A stretch of DNA of 64,000 nt, taken from Blastocladiella emersonii ATCC 22665 (taxonomy: Eukaryota; Fungi; Blastocladiomycota). The stretch is taken from NCBI GenBank assembly GCA_025594325.1, contig JANHCV010000010.1, forward strand, positions 682,001-746,000, read 5' to 3'. Position 1 is the first letter of the stretch; each line of letters opens with the position of its first letter. Of this stretch, positions 48,201 to 59,017 are shown piece by piece. Below the pieces are notes generated by a model that was given only the letters and a program-made list of their open reading frames with translations, was not told the origin of the DNA and searched no databases. A program made the position numbers and the translations under genes.

Positions 48201-51031
48201 AAATCTTGTGATCGTGTCAACTTGGTCCATCATTACGCGTCTTGCCACGCTGATCTGGAGACTTGCTCGCTTTACGAATTTGTGGCTCAGTACCGCGTTG
48301 TCAAGAAAAGCAACGATTATGGCTACAAGAAGACCTCATCATCTTCCAGACCACCAAGCCCAAGCCGCGGTGGGCGGCAAATGCAACCGAGGTATGAATT
48401 CCTCGAATCGCACCCTGCTCAAGGCACTTTAGGCCTCGTGAAGCGTGAATCGCGGGTCACTCCAGTCCCTTTGTTCAACAGCAACCTGCTTTCGTTTCAG
48501 CGTGGTCGACAGGGCGGTAACACAGAAATCTGCGGAATGATTGGCCTCATGCTGTTCCATCCGTTCTGCGATGTGTCCAAGGTACTTCCTATGCGCGATT
48601 TGCACGGCTCTTGGACGGCAGCGCTCGACGCACAGCGATGCAGCTCTTCAACTACAGAGTTTGACGTTGCGTTGATCCAAAACTTTGGCTATTACGCGGA
48701 TTGCCAGCCTACGGAGCTCACGCCAAACAACGAGGCCAACAATGGTGACGGAACTCAGCCGATTGTGACTCAACCTTGCAGCACACCTGGTCCCAACGAT
48801 TGCGACGGTGGAGACGAGGAAGGCACAATTCACGTACTTGACGATTTGCTTGATCTTGACCTGCTTGGCAGTGAGACCGCCGAAGGACTGCACAAGGACG
48901 AGACCAACAAGTTCTCTCTCCTAAACATTGGTGTTTTCAAGGGTCTCATTGCTCCAGATTTCGTGGATATGGAGCCGAACTTGCTTGGTCATGGAACTAC
49001 GACTCACGACCAACAACAGTTCCGCGACGCCATCAAGTACAAGGCAAGCTGGAAGAAGGCTCTCAGGGACGCTGGCAAGGTCTTACGCGACGTCGAACGG
49101 GACAGCAATCCTGCGCAGGCGAGCCCTCCCTCAGCACGGCTTATACCTGCAAGCTTACGTGTTCTGCCTCAGGGCGTACTTCGGAGTGTCGCTTCATCCT
49201 GGCCCTTGCCAGAGTACAAACAAGGTCTCAACGCAAATCAACTCAAGGCCGTTGAGAAGGTCAAGGCCACGCTCAAATTACACTTGCTCAACGAGGGACA
49301 CATTGAGCAGCTTCTCATGGTCACGCTTGGCGAGGCCGGCACGGGAAAATCTTGGGTCATCAACTCGCTTTCCCAGATGTTCGCAGCACACGGTCGCTCA
49401 GACATGCTCCTCATCGCGGCTCCGACTGGCGTTGCGGCTTCACCAATCAACGGAGCGACATTGCACTTGACATTCAAGCTCCCAAATCATCCGCCGCTTG
49501 AGTCGATTTCCAGCAAAGTGGCTCACGAGGCCAGGACTCGACTACGGCCTGTCAAGTTTATCCTCATTGATGAAATCAGCATGGTCGGGGCCTCAGTTCT
49601 TTCAATGATTCACACGCGCCTGATCGAGCTTTTCCACGAGAGCCGCGACCTTCCCTTCGCTGGTCGGCATGTCCTTGCATTTGGCGACTTCATGCAGTTC
49701 CCGCCCGTTTGTGCAACGTCACTGTGCACCGCCCAAGAAGTACCACGGGAACCCAAACTTGTCACCAACGAGTTTCTCGGCCTGCACGTCGATGGCGAAC
49801 AAGTCCAGAGCGAACCTTCAAAACCTCAAAAGAAAAGGTCTTTGAGCGCGGACGCTCTAAACCTGTACGGCCGGCACCTATGGCTCAAATTCCGGGTCGT
49901 CTTCATTCTCCAGGAGCAGATGCGCCAGTCAAACGACGCCAAGCTTACAACGGTGCTCCAAGACCTCCGAGACAGCAAGGTTACAGACGCGGTCAATGCG
50001 TTCATCGCGGAGCGCGACATTGCCAAGGTTATTCCAGGCATGGGCATTGACAACAACGACTGGCGCGACGCGACTTTCATTACCTTGACAAACAAGCTTC
50101 GTGACGCATGGAATGATCGTGCGGCAGCCACACATATGTGCGACTTGGGCATTCGCGACGACCAGATTGTGACGGTGCAGGCCAGCGTGGATTTCTCCAA
50201 CCCAGATTCGCTTTGACCAGCGAAGCGAACTGCGAGCGGGTCCAAGAAGCAACACGAACCGGCGATTAGCAATGCATTGATGCAATCGTTGTTCGCGCGC
50301 ATCAAAGAGCTTCCCCCAAAGCAACTTGATCACATGCCACACGCGATTACACTCTTTCCCAGTGCGCGAGTCACTGTTACAAGGAACGTCGCGACCAGGT
50401 ACGTTTTATTGCACACAGGTAAATCCGCGCCGCTCACCAGCTAACGATTCATGATAACAGCATCGGAATCGTCAACGGGATGATGGGTAAGGTCGTCGGC
50501 TTTGCTGTCGATGAAGACGGCCAGATCAAGGCTGTCATTGTACGACCCGACCGCGACCTTCAGCGAATCCCGAAACTCGACGGAATTGACGAGTTGGGTG
50601 ACATCCCCATCGAGCGCGAGACAATTAGCAAGATGGTCACCATTGACGGCAAGCGGTGGACCTTTTGGCGATCGCAGTTCCCCATTGAGCTGAGCTACGC
50701 GATCACGGCGCACAAGGCGCAGGGGATGACCCTGAACAAGGTCATTGCCAACTTTGGCGACCCCAAGCTCCCGCATCGTTTTCCTGCCCGGTACCCGTAC
50801 ATGGTCCTCTCTTGAGCGCGCAGGACCGAGGACATCCTCATCATCCGGTTCAACAGTCGGGTTCTTGTGCAGAAGGCATTACAGCACGTGGCGAAGGACA
50901 TGGAGCGACTGTCCCTGCTGAGCAGGATTGAGAATTGATAAACTACTTCACTTTCACCAACTGAAACAGTCTCAAGAAGCCAAGTAAAGCTACAGCTGAG
51001 ACCCAAGTGTGTGCGCAGCACACACACCTAG
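45236..51031 (+). mobile_element. Non-canonical Helitron (Helitron2/Helentron-like), ~5.8 kb
   Basis: 15-bp asymmetric TIRs TCAGCTGTAGCTTTA (45236-45250) / TAAAGCTACAGCTGA (50985-50999); 5' hairpin TCAGCT..AGCTGA; 3' hairpin GTGTGTGC-GCA-GCACACAC (51007-51025) then CTAG (51028-51031); T-tract flanks; internal RepHel. Confidence 0.9.
45805..50938 (+). pseudogene. Helitron RepHel (HUH Rep + PIF1 helicase) with 2 premature TGA, fused to an unrelated-looking 5' ORF
   Basis: GLPTFYLTLNP, VEAQGWGSLHIHLLLW (HUH), FYITNYISK (catalytic Tyr), GEAGTGKS, LIDEISMV, FGDFMQFPPV, EQMRQ, YAITAHKAQG; stops 50214-50216 and 50813-50815; introns 46201-46260 and 50399-50460. Confidence 0.9.
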
Positions 51032-51887
51032 TTTGCTCCATGGTGAAGAAGCCGTTCGCCTTGAGCCAAGTCAGAACGGCCGCGTGACCAGCGTTGAACG
51101 CCGGGCGTACCGCGTAGGACGCCTTGATTTCGAGTCCCGACTCGGTGAACCAGTCCAAAACCGCGACATGGCCATTAGCGGACGCTCTGTCCATGGCCGC
51201 AAAGCTGTACTCCATGTCGAGGCCACTCGCGAGCCACCAATCCAGCACGTCGACGTGTCCCGCACCAGCTGCGCCGTCGATAGCGCGTATCGAGTAGTCC
51301 AAGGGTATCCCATGCTCGGCAAACCATTCGAGAACCTGGACGTGTCCGTGTGTCGAGGCCTGGTTCACGGCGCGAACAGAGTACTTGAGTTCGAGACCGC
51401 TGGTTCGCCACCATTCGAGCACGTCTACGCGACCCGCTGCGGCTGCATCGTCGATAGAGTCCTTGGTGTAGAGAAGCTTGAGCCCCGAGTTGCCCCACAG
51501 GTCAAGCACCTCAAGGTGAAGGGTCCGCAAGTTTCCCGGGTTGATCGGGACCCGGAGACCAGAGCGAAGCCACCAAGATAAGTTGTCGGCACGGCCCTCC
51601 TGGCAGGTCCAGACGAGCGCCAAGTTGGCAACGTACAACCGCGCCGTCCCGCGGTACTTGAAGAACTCTCGGAGCAGCGGGAGTTTCATGGTTTCAATAG
51701 CCGTGCCGAAATAGGGGCGGAAGTCGAGCTTGAATACAGCGCGGCGGAGCTCGCTCATCCCGGGCGCCACGCGGAGGTAGGGCAGCGGGTCGAAGCCAAC
51801 CCTTTCGGCCCGCACCGCGAAAATCAAGATGCACTCGATCAGCTCGAGTGGCAGACTTGTCGTTGCATCAAGTGCATTGAGTTCCAT
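51032..51887 (-). pseudogene. 5' half of array copy A4/A5; ORF reads into the Helitron end and stops at 50943
   Basis: MELNALDATTSLPLELIECILIFA..FDPLPYLRVAPG, several AxxxGHVxVLxW repeats, family homology ends at WLKANGFFTMEQ. Confidence 0.85.
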
Positions 51888-51957
51888 GGTGTCTGTTACA
51901 TGGGAACTGGGTGTAGCGCAGGAGAGCGCGTCGAGTTTCGCGCATCGTCGCGATCAC

Positions 51958-52410
51958 TCAGTGGCGCACCGCGTGACGCGATCGCCTGTTGTCGCACTTG
52001 AACTTGATGCCCGACGAGCGCCAAAAGTCGAGGACGGCGACGTGTAGCGAGTGCGAGTACTGGACGCGGATCGGCACGCGGAAACCCGCTTCCATCCACC
52101 ACGAGAGGACGTCAATACGACCCGCGTGACTTGCGGGAATGAGCGCAAAGTCCGTGAAGAAAAGTCGCTCCTTGCCGCGATACTTGAGGAACAACTTGAG
52201 CAGCGGCAGGTCCATCGACTTGGCGATCGCGTCAAACGATGGCCAAATGGACAGGTTGAAGGCCGCGCGGCGGAGCAGCTCGAGACCCGGGGCGACTCGA
52301 AGGATCGGCAGCAAATGCTGGACGTCCCGAGCGTCGCGCACAGCAATGATGAGGATGGCCTCCAAGAGTTCGCTAGGGAGTGATGGGTGGCGATTTGCAT
52401 GTGATTTCAT
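51958..52410 (-). pseudogene. Array copy A6, 3'-truncated (~150 aa)
   Basis: SLPSELLEAILIIA..LLPILRVAPG..SMDLPLLK..ASHAGRIDVLSWW, then early stop. Confidence 0.75.
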
Positions 52411-52635
52411 CTTGATCTCGCCGTAACCGAGGAAAAGGAGACGCAACTGGAGACGAGAACGAGAGCAGTCAGGTCTCGGTATATGCACTCATCCATCTTT
52501 GCTCGCGTATGGGGCGCACTTCACACGAGGCATCACGTTGTGGCGCGGCGCGACTCCGTGCGCCGCAGCCTTGCGCGCTCATTAAAGCGATCGAATGCAT
52601 ACAAATTGAACCATGTTCAGTTTTCATTCACTCGG

Positions 52636-54057
52636 TTACTCCATGGCCCAGGCGCCATCCACATGCTCAGGCCGAAAACAATTAGGCAGCCCAGTCGAAC
52701 GCCACCACTTGGCCGCGTCCATCTGGTCCCGGTCTAGAGCAACGCTGCCAATCCCTGGCTGGTACTTGAGCTCGAGGCCGTGATCGACAAACCACTGCAA
52801 GCTTGTGACTTGGCCCAATTCCGTCATCCATTCCATGGCCTTGGTCGTGTACTTGATCTCGCGGTCAGTACGAAGCAGCCATTCGAGGATCAGCACCGAG
52901 CAGTTTCCCTTCGGCACCGAATCGACAACGCTCTCCGTATACGTGAGAGCAGCCGGCGGGAGATGCGCGTCCAACCACTCGAGCGTCGCCACGCTGCCCA
53001 ATTCGGCCGCAAGATCCACGTGCGAACGTCGACCAGGGCGGCCGAGCCACCGCGGGTCGCCGGCGGGAACGAAGTGGGTGAGAATCCACGAAAGAAAGTC
53101 GGGGAGTGAGTCGTACACGCCACGGTCGATGAGGACCTCCCAGCGCTGCCCGCCAAACCATTCGGGAAACTTGCATCGCCACCACTCGAGCGCATCAGGA
53201 TGGAACCAGTGAAGCTCGTCCTGAAACTTGGCCGGATCGATCGGCACACCATGCGACTTGAGCCACGCGAGTACCGGCGCGTGGCCGGCCTTGGAAGCTT
53301 CGCGCACCGCGTGGCGCTGCTCGAATGGGATCCCAGATGCGACAATCCAGTCCAAAACCGCGACGTGGCCGTGTGCGGCGGCTCCATCGACCGCTTGGTG
53401 TGTGAATTTGACCTTCCGGCCGCTGACCTGCCACCACTGGAGGACGTCGACGCGACCAGCTTTGGCCGCCTCTTCAATGCCGCGGTTCGTGTACTTGAGC
53501 TGAACACCTTGTGCGGCAAACCACTCGAGTACGTGGACGTGTCCAAGCGCCGAGGCGCAGTCCAAGGCGCGATTTGAGTACTTGAAGTCGAGCCCGCTGG
53601 TGCGCCACCACTCGAGCACATCGACGCTGCCCGCCTCAGCCGCTTCGTCGACGGGCAGCTCCTTGTATTTGAGCTCGGCGCCCGAGTTGCGCCACAGCTC
53701 GAGCGCGCCGACATGAAGCGTACACAGGTTGTCCGGGTGATGCGGCACGTGAAGACCAGAGGAGAACCAAAATTCTAGAAAGTCGAGGTGGCCTTCCTTG
53801 CTGGCCTCGATCAGGGCATAGTTGGGCACTTTGAGATTCGCCGCCCCGCGGTATTTAACATAATCTTTTAGCAGCGGCACGTTCATGGACTTGATGGCAT
53901 CGAGGAACGCGGGCCGGATTCGGAGGTTGAAGACGGCGCGGCGGAGCTCGGTGAGGCCAGGCGCCACGCGGAGGTACGGCAGCGGGTCGAACTCGCCCTC
54001 CTCGTTTTAGGCGGCCTCAATCAGGATGGCCTCAATAAGCTCGATGGGAAGTTTCAT
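52636..54057 (-). pseudogene. Array copy A7, full length except a single TAA at 54007-54009
   Basis: MKLPIELIEAILIEAA*NEEGEFDPLPYLRVAPG, then an uninterrupted ORF with about 6 repeats and the conserved C-terminal domain. Confidence 0.85.
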
Positions 54058-54445
54058 GGAAGTTGCATCAAGTGTCCTCGCTTCATATGGTGTCGTCACC
54101 GTCGTGCTTGGGAGGGGAGGCGGCCAGTGACGCACGTAGACACCCCAGTTCGAGGCTCCGCGGTGCAATCGATCAGTCAGTGGTGGATCGCGTGACCCGC
54201 GCGAGGCACTCGAAGCGTGTCCACGTCTCCCGTCTGCCCTCGACGGAGCTGCCTCTTGTAGGATGGGAGACGCGTCGATTTATCATGTGATTCCACGACG
54301 GGCGCGTGGCCAGCGTTGACCAGGGGCCAGCGCCACCCCTGCCAGCGCCAGGGCTGTGTCCCTTGGCCGCTTTGCTCGTCACTCACCTGCCCTCTGTTCG
54401 CACCACCGACACCCCACGGCGCGCGCCACATAAACTCCATGCAAA

Positions 54446-56083
54446 ATGCTCAAAGCTATTCATGTGCCTCAAGTCCTCGAGCGGATTCTTGTTTATGCCA
54501 TCCGGCAGCACGACCCCGCCGACACAGATGGGCTCCTCGAGTACGCGCGCGTCCTACCGCAGTCGCTCGCCCCGCGCATTGAGCGCACGCTCCTTGAGTG
54601 CGCTTCCGTACTCTCTTACAACGGCGCTACTGTGCGCGGCGACCTGGCCTTGCTCAACAAGCGGGCGTCCCTCGGTTTGCCGCTCAACTGCTCGCCTAAT
54701 GCCCTCCAAAGTGCCATCGAGGCGAACCACCTCACAGTGCTAGAGTGGTGGCGAGAGACGGGCTCGCTCAACCGCTTCGAGCTTTACGGTATCTTTTCCG
54801 AGCGCGGCGTTGGACCGGACGCCTTTATTGCCCTTGGGCTGCATCCCTTCTTAACCAGTCCCGGTGACAACCAAGTGGTCTTTGAGCCCGACCATGACGG
54901 GATTCTCGCCGAACTTTGCGGCGAAGTCGCGAGTGGTGCGGCCAGCGGTCTCTTACTCAATTCCCTGCCGATCACCATGGCAGGTGTCGAGGCTCTCAAC
55001 AACGCCATGGCGAGCTCCACGCGGGCGCTGCAGTCGATTGCAGTCAAGGACTGTACCATTGACCTTCCCCGTTTACTCTCCATGCGACTGCCAGAGTCCC
55101 TCGTCGCAGCAACGTTCCAGGGCCGCTGGCTTGGCACCTCGCCCGTCCCTCTCGCTCAACTGGTTCCAATGTCGTGGCCTCCGAACCTCCAGTCGCTTTA
55201 CTTTGCGTCGGTCACACTTTCTCGAGCTGTTCCGCTTGTCTTCCACGGCCTCCCCACCGCCCTCAAGATTCTTTCAGTCGAGAACTGCTTGCTTGATAAC
55301 AACACTATTTGCAAGCTCGCCCGTTTGCTACCGCCGACGCTCACCACGCTCACCACACAGGGTAACCAGCTTACTACGGCAGGAGTCGTTGCTCTGGCGC
55401 CGCTTCTCCCGGCCTCGCTGAAGCAGCTCTCCCTGGGCGATTTCAAGAGGACAGCCGACCTGCCGACTGCCGATTGCCCTTCAACTTCCCGCGCACCGTG
55501 TCCCGCGAGCCTAACCTCGCTGGAACTCGCGTTTGGTCCGCTGGGTCACGAGGCACTCGATGCTTTCAAGCCCACTGGGCCTTCCACGCTCAAGCACCTC
55601 GCTCTCCAGCACGTATCGTTTGGGGAGCAAGCGGTGGCCTCGCTTACGTGGGCACTTTCATCGACGAAACTCAAATCGCTCGTTTTTGTGGGGCGTGTCA
55701 TGCCGCCCTCGTCCATTCATGCGTTGATTCCTTTGCTCCCACGCACTCTCGGCTGTCTGCGACTTGTTGGCACTCAGATCGGATCTGACGGTGCCACCCT
55801 GCTGGCTTCGCACATGCCTCCTCAACTTTACTCGCTTGATTTGCAGTCAAACGAGATTGACGATGCTGTTATAATTGCACTCGCGCCCGCGCTTCCGCCG
55901 AGTATCACGACGTTGGACCTCACGTGCAACTGTATTTCGGACGTTGGCGCAATCAAGCTCGCCCAGCATCTCCCGAATGGACTCGCCGTGCTCTCAATCA
56001 TGCGGAATCGGCTCACGGCCATCGGCCAGCAAGCCATTGAAGCTGCCGCCCCGCCGACTGCGACGCTTCGCTTGGACTTGTAA
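54446..56083 (+). CDS. RNI-like leucine-rich-repeat protein with array-like N-terminus
   Basis: LERILVYA..LLEYARVLP, AIEANHLTVLEWW, then LRRs (LYSLDLQSNEIDDAVIIALAPALP, ITTLDLTCNCISDVGAIKLAQHLP). Confidence 0.85.
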   Translation: MLKAIHVPQVLERILVYAIRQHDPADTDGLLEYARVLPQSLAPRIERTLLECASVLSYNGATVRGDLALLNKRASLGLPLNCSPNALQSAIEANHLTVLEWWRETGSLNRFELYGIFSERGVGPDAFIALGLHPFLTSPGDNQVVFEPDHDGILAELCGEVASGAASGLLLNSLPITMAGVEALNNAMASSTRALQSIAVKDCTIDLPRLLSMRLPESLVAATFQGRWLGTSPVPLAQLVPMSWPPNLQSLYFASVTLSRAVPLVFHGLPTALKILSVENCLLDNNTICKLARLLPPTLTTLTTQGNQLTTAGVVALAPLLPASLKQLSLGDFKRTADLPTADCPSTSRAPCPASLTSLELAFGPLGHEALDAFKPTGPSTLKHLALQHVSFGEQAVASLTWALSSTKLKSLVFVGRVMPPSSIHALIPLLPRTLGCLRLVGTQIGSDGATLLASHMPPQLYSLDLQSNEIDDAVIIALAPALPPSITTLDLTCNCISDVGAIKLAQHLPNGLAVLSIMRNRLTAIGQQAIEAAAPPTATLRLDL

Positions 56084-56271
56084 CGTTCCCTCGTCCTTAT
56101 CAACGGACACGCCTCGCCTGAAACTAGTGGTCGATGCGAATCACAAAATTGCGTCCATATACATCTTTGCGTTTGTTGAACAAACCATGGCGCCTGCGCT
56201 CAGGCAGGCTCGCGCACCTGCCGCCCTTCAGTCTTGACCAGCGATAATCGTTTCAATACTACTCGAGTCAT

Positions 56272-57411
56272 CTATTTGAGCTCAAGGTCATGATCCGTAA
56301 ACCATTTGAGAGACTTGGTCCAGCGGAACTTGGCCATGAGCTTCATGGCGATGGCCGTGTATTTGATCTCGCGGCCCGTCTGGTGAAACCAGTCCAGGAT
56401 CGGAACCGAGCAGCGGAACACGGACACCGAATCGATGGCGTTACTGGTGTAGTGCAGGGCCGCGGGCGGGAGGTTGGCCGCCAACCAAGCAAGCAATTCG
56501 ATGTTGCCCATCTCGCACGCGACCTCAATCAGCGGCCGCGTCGTGCACCAGCGAGGGTCGTCGCGTGGAATGTAGTGGCCGAGAATCCACGCGAGAAAAT
56601 CTAGATCGTTTGCTCGAGCGCCCTTGACGATCACGATGTCCCACCGCACGTTCTCGCACCACCCAGGAAACCCGGCTTCCAATGTGCAAAGCGTGTCCAT
56701 GGCCATCCACGGCAGCTCGGTCTCGACGCTGGTGGGATCGACAGGAAGCCCTTGCTGCTTCCACCACTTCAGCACGGCGGTGTGGCCGTTCGCGGCAGCT
56801 TTGTACGGCGCGTATCGGTGCACAAGCTCCAAGCCATGGCCAGCAAACCACTGAAGCACATCGATACGACCCTTTGCCGCGGCGCAATCGATGGTTCCGT
56901 GCGAGTATTTGAACTCAGGCCCGCGCGTCCGCCACCATTCCAGGACGTCCAGCCGGCCAGCCTTGGCGGCCATTTTGACGGGCTCATCGGTGATGGGAAT
57001 CTTGATGCCGGATTGTTTCCAGAACTCGAGCACGTCGATGTGTAAGGTGCACAACTGCTCAGGGTTCCGCAGCACTCTAAGGCCTGACGATAGCCACCAC
57101 GTGAGGAAATCGACGCGATTCTCTGCGCTCGCCCGGCACAGCCACCAGTCGTGTACGCGAATAGTCGCAGGGTTCTTGTGCTTGATATAGCTCTGCAACC
57201 ATTCCAGGTCCATGGATTGAACGAGGTCGTGAAAAGCAGGTTGTAAGTCGAGCTTGTTAATCGTGCGACGAAGACGGGTCAGGCCGGGCACGACTTTGAG
57301 GTAGGAGCGGACGTTGGACCGGTTCCGTTCGATGCGCACGACCCAAATGAGGATCGTCTCGATGATTTCGTGAGGAAGGTGCATGTTCGGCATTTGTGCT
57401 GCGATCGACAT
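56272..57411 (-). CDS. Array copy A8 (intact, 379 aa)
   Basis: HLPHEIIETILIW..YLKVVPG; AAKAGRLDVLEWW, AAAKGRIDVLQWF, AAANGHTAVLKWW; ends WFTDHDLELK. Confidence 0.85.
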   Translation of the reverse strand: MSIAAQMPNMHLPHEIIETILIWVVRIERNRSNVRSYLKVVPGLTRLRRTINKLDLQPAFHDLVQSMDLEWLQSYIKHKNPATIRVHDWWLCRASAENRVDFLTWWLSSGLRVLRNPEQLCTLHIDVLEFWKQSGIKIPITDEPVKMAAKAGRLDVLEWWRTRGPEFKYSHGTIDCAAAKGRIDVLQWFAGHGLELVHRYAPYKAAANGHTAVLKWWKQQGLPVDPTSVETELPWMAMDTLCTLEAGFPGWCENVRWDIVIVKGARANDLDFLAWILGHYIPRDDPRWCTTRPLIEVACEMGNIELLAWLAANLPPAALHYTSNAIDSVSVFRCSVPILDWFHQTGREIKYTAIAMKLMAKFRWTKSLKWFTDHDLELK

Positions 57412-57597
57412 GAAGTTTAAGACGTGGAGGACGATGCGTTGGTCGCGACACTCTCGCAGTTTTAAGCACGCTCCGCTTACTGTCCTAGCGCCGCAAGAAG
57501 TTAATGTTTACTGTGATTGATAGAACTCGACAAATGAATGATCCAATCAATCGCTCAGCACGTAACCGACGTCGAGACCAACGTTCTGAGCCCACAT

Positions 57598-58877
57598 TCA
57601 AGTGCTCAGGAGTTGATACACGATCTGATCGTCGATCACGAAGCAGCCGGGAAGCTCAGTCGCGAGCCACCATTCAACAACCTTGCGCCAACCGTGAATC
57701 AGCGCGCGGCTCCCGACGTCGCGCGTGTACTTGAGCTCGTGGTCGTGGTCTGCGCGCCACTGGAGGCAATCAGCTTGGCCGGACAACGAGAATTTCTCAA
57801 GCGCAGCGCTCGTGTGCTCGACCACGCGGTCCGTGCGATTGAGCCACTCGAGCACGGTCAGATTGCCATATCCCGGCAACACCCTGTCCACGGCAGCCTC
57901 AGTGTAAGCGAGTGCGGCCGTTGGTAAGTTTACAGCGAGCCAGCCGAGGACATCAACACGGCCATGCTTGCACACAACGTCAAGCAGCGATGGTGTGTTG
58001 CAGCAGCGCGGGCTGTCGACGGGGACCGTGGTATCGAGAATCTGCTGTAAGCGAAAGGGATTCGCATGCGATGTAGCGCCGACAAGTATCTCGTTCCAAG
58101 CCAAGCCAGCGAACCACTCGGGATACTCGTGGCGCCCGGCGCGGCGCCACAAGTTGAGAGCAGCCAGATGCAAGCAGCAAAGCTCCCCTTCAATCCTGGC
58201 CGGGGCCATGACCACGCCGTGGGCCATGAACCAATGTAGGGTGTGAACTGGCCCAATTTCGAAACGCGGAAGAAGACAGCTCCGTGCTTGATCTCGAGCC
58301 TGCGCGATCCGAACCATTCAAGCTCAAAGGCGCGGTGGTAGGGCACAACAGTCCGGAGCGCAAATCGAGTACCTGAGCTCGAGCCCGCTTCCGCACACCA
58401 GTCGAGGACGTGGAACCAGCGTCGCTCGGTGGCAAGGTCATGGCCATGGAACCCGCGTCGTAATGAAGCGCGAGGCCCGAGCAGCGCCAGAAGTCAAGAA
58501 AACACCGCGACGTGCTCGGTCTCAAAGTAGAGCTTGAACATGGGCATGCGTACGCCTGAAGCGAGCCACCAGTCGAGCAAGTCGACGTGACTGTCCCGGC
58601 AGGCTCCGCAGAGCGCCATCTTGTCGACAACGAGCGTGGCGGGGTCGCGGTACTTCACCTACTCCTTGAGCAGCGGCTAGTTTGAGGCCGTTGCAGCATC
58701 GTTGAAGGTCAGCGAGGAGTTTAGGGCGAAGCCAACGCATTGGAGCCGTGACACGCCCGGCGCGACGCGCAGGTACGGCAGCGGGTCGAACCCGTACCGC
58801 TCGTTGCACACGGCGCCGATGATGCTCTCAATCACCTCGATCGGAGGTCGCTGCATAGTTGCATTAGGTTTATTCAT
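57598..58877 (-). pseudogene. Array copy A9, multiple stops and frameshifts
   Basis: PPIEVIESIIGA..FDPLPYLRVAPG..SN*PLLKE*VKY; C-terminal ORF 57598-58317 ends PGCFVIDD. Confidence 0.85.
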
Positions 58878-59017
58878 GTCGTTGCATCAAGAGTGGAAGC
58901 GTTCATGGGCGTGGGAGCACAGGCAGAGAGAGGAGGCACTCTCGTGGAGCAGAAGCAGCGCTGGTGACCTCCCGGTCCCTCAGATCGAGTCTCCCACTTG
59001 AGCAAGAGGTGTGTATT

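Noticed and set aside
45777-50216. 1479-aa ORF taken as a functional single protein
   Set aside because: It reads through a 60-nt intron and ends at a premature stop before helicase motifs V-VI, which continue to 50938; catalytic motifs are mutated
27697-54009. Stop-codon reassignment to explain in-frame stops
   Set aside because: Core genes end in TAA, TAG and TGA; in-frame stops are confined to TE and accessory copies, mix all three codons and co-occur with frameshifts
40881-58877. Endogenous giant-virus region
   Set aside because: No viral hallmark genes (capsid, packaging ATPase, polymerase) are visible; only the repeat-protein architecture is reminiscent
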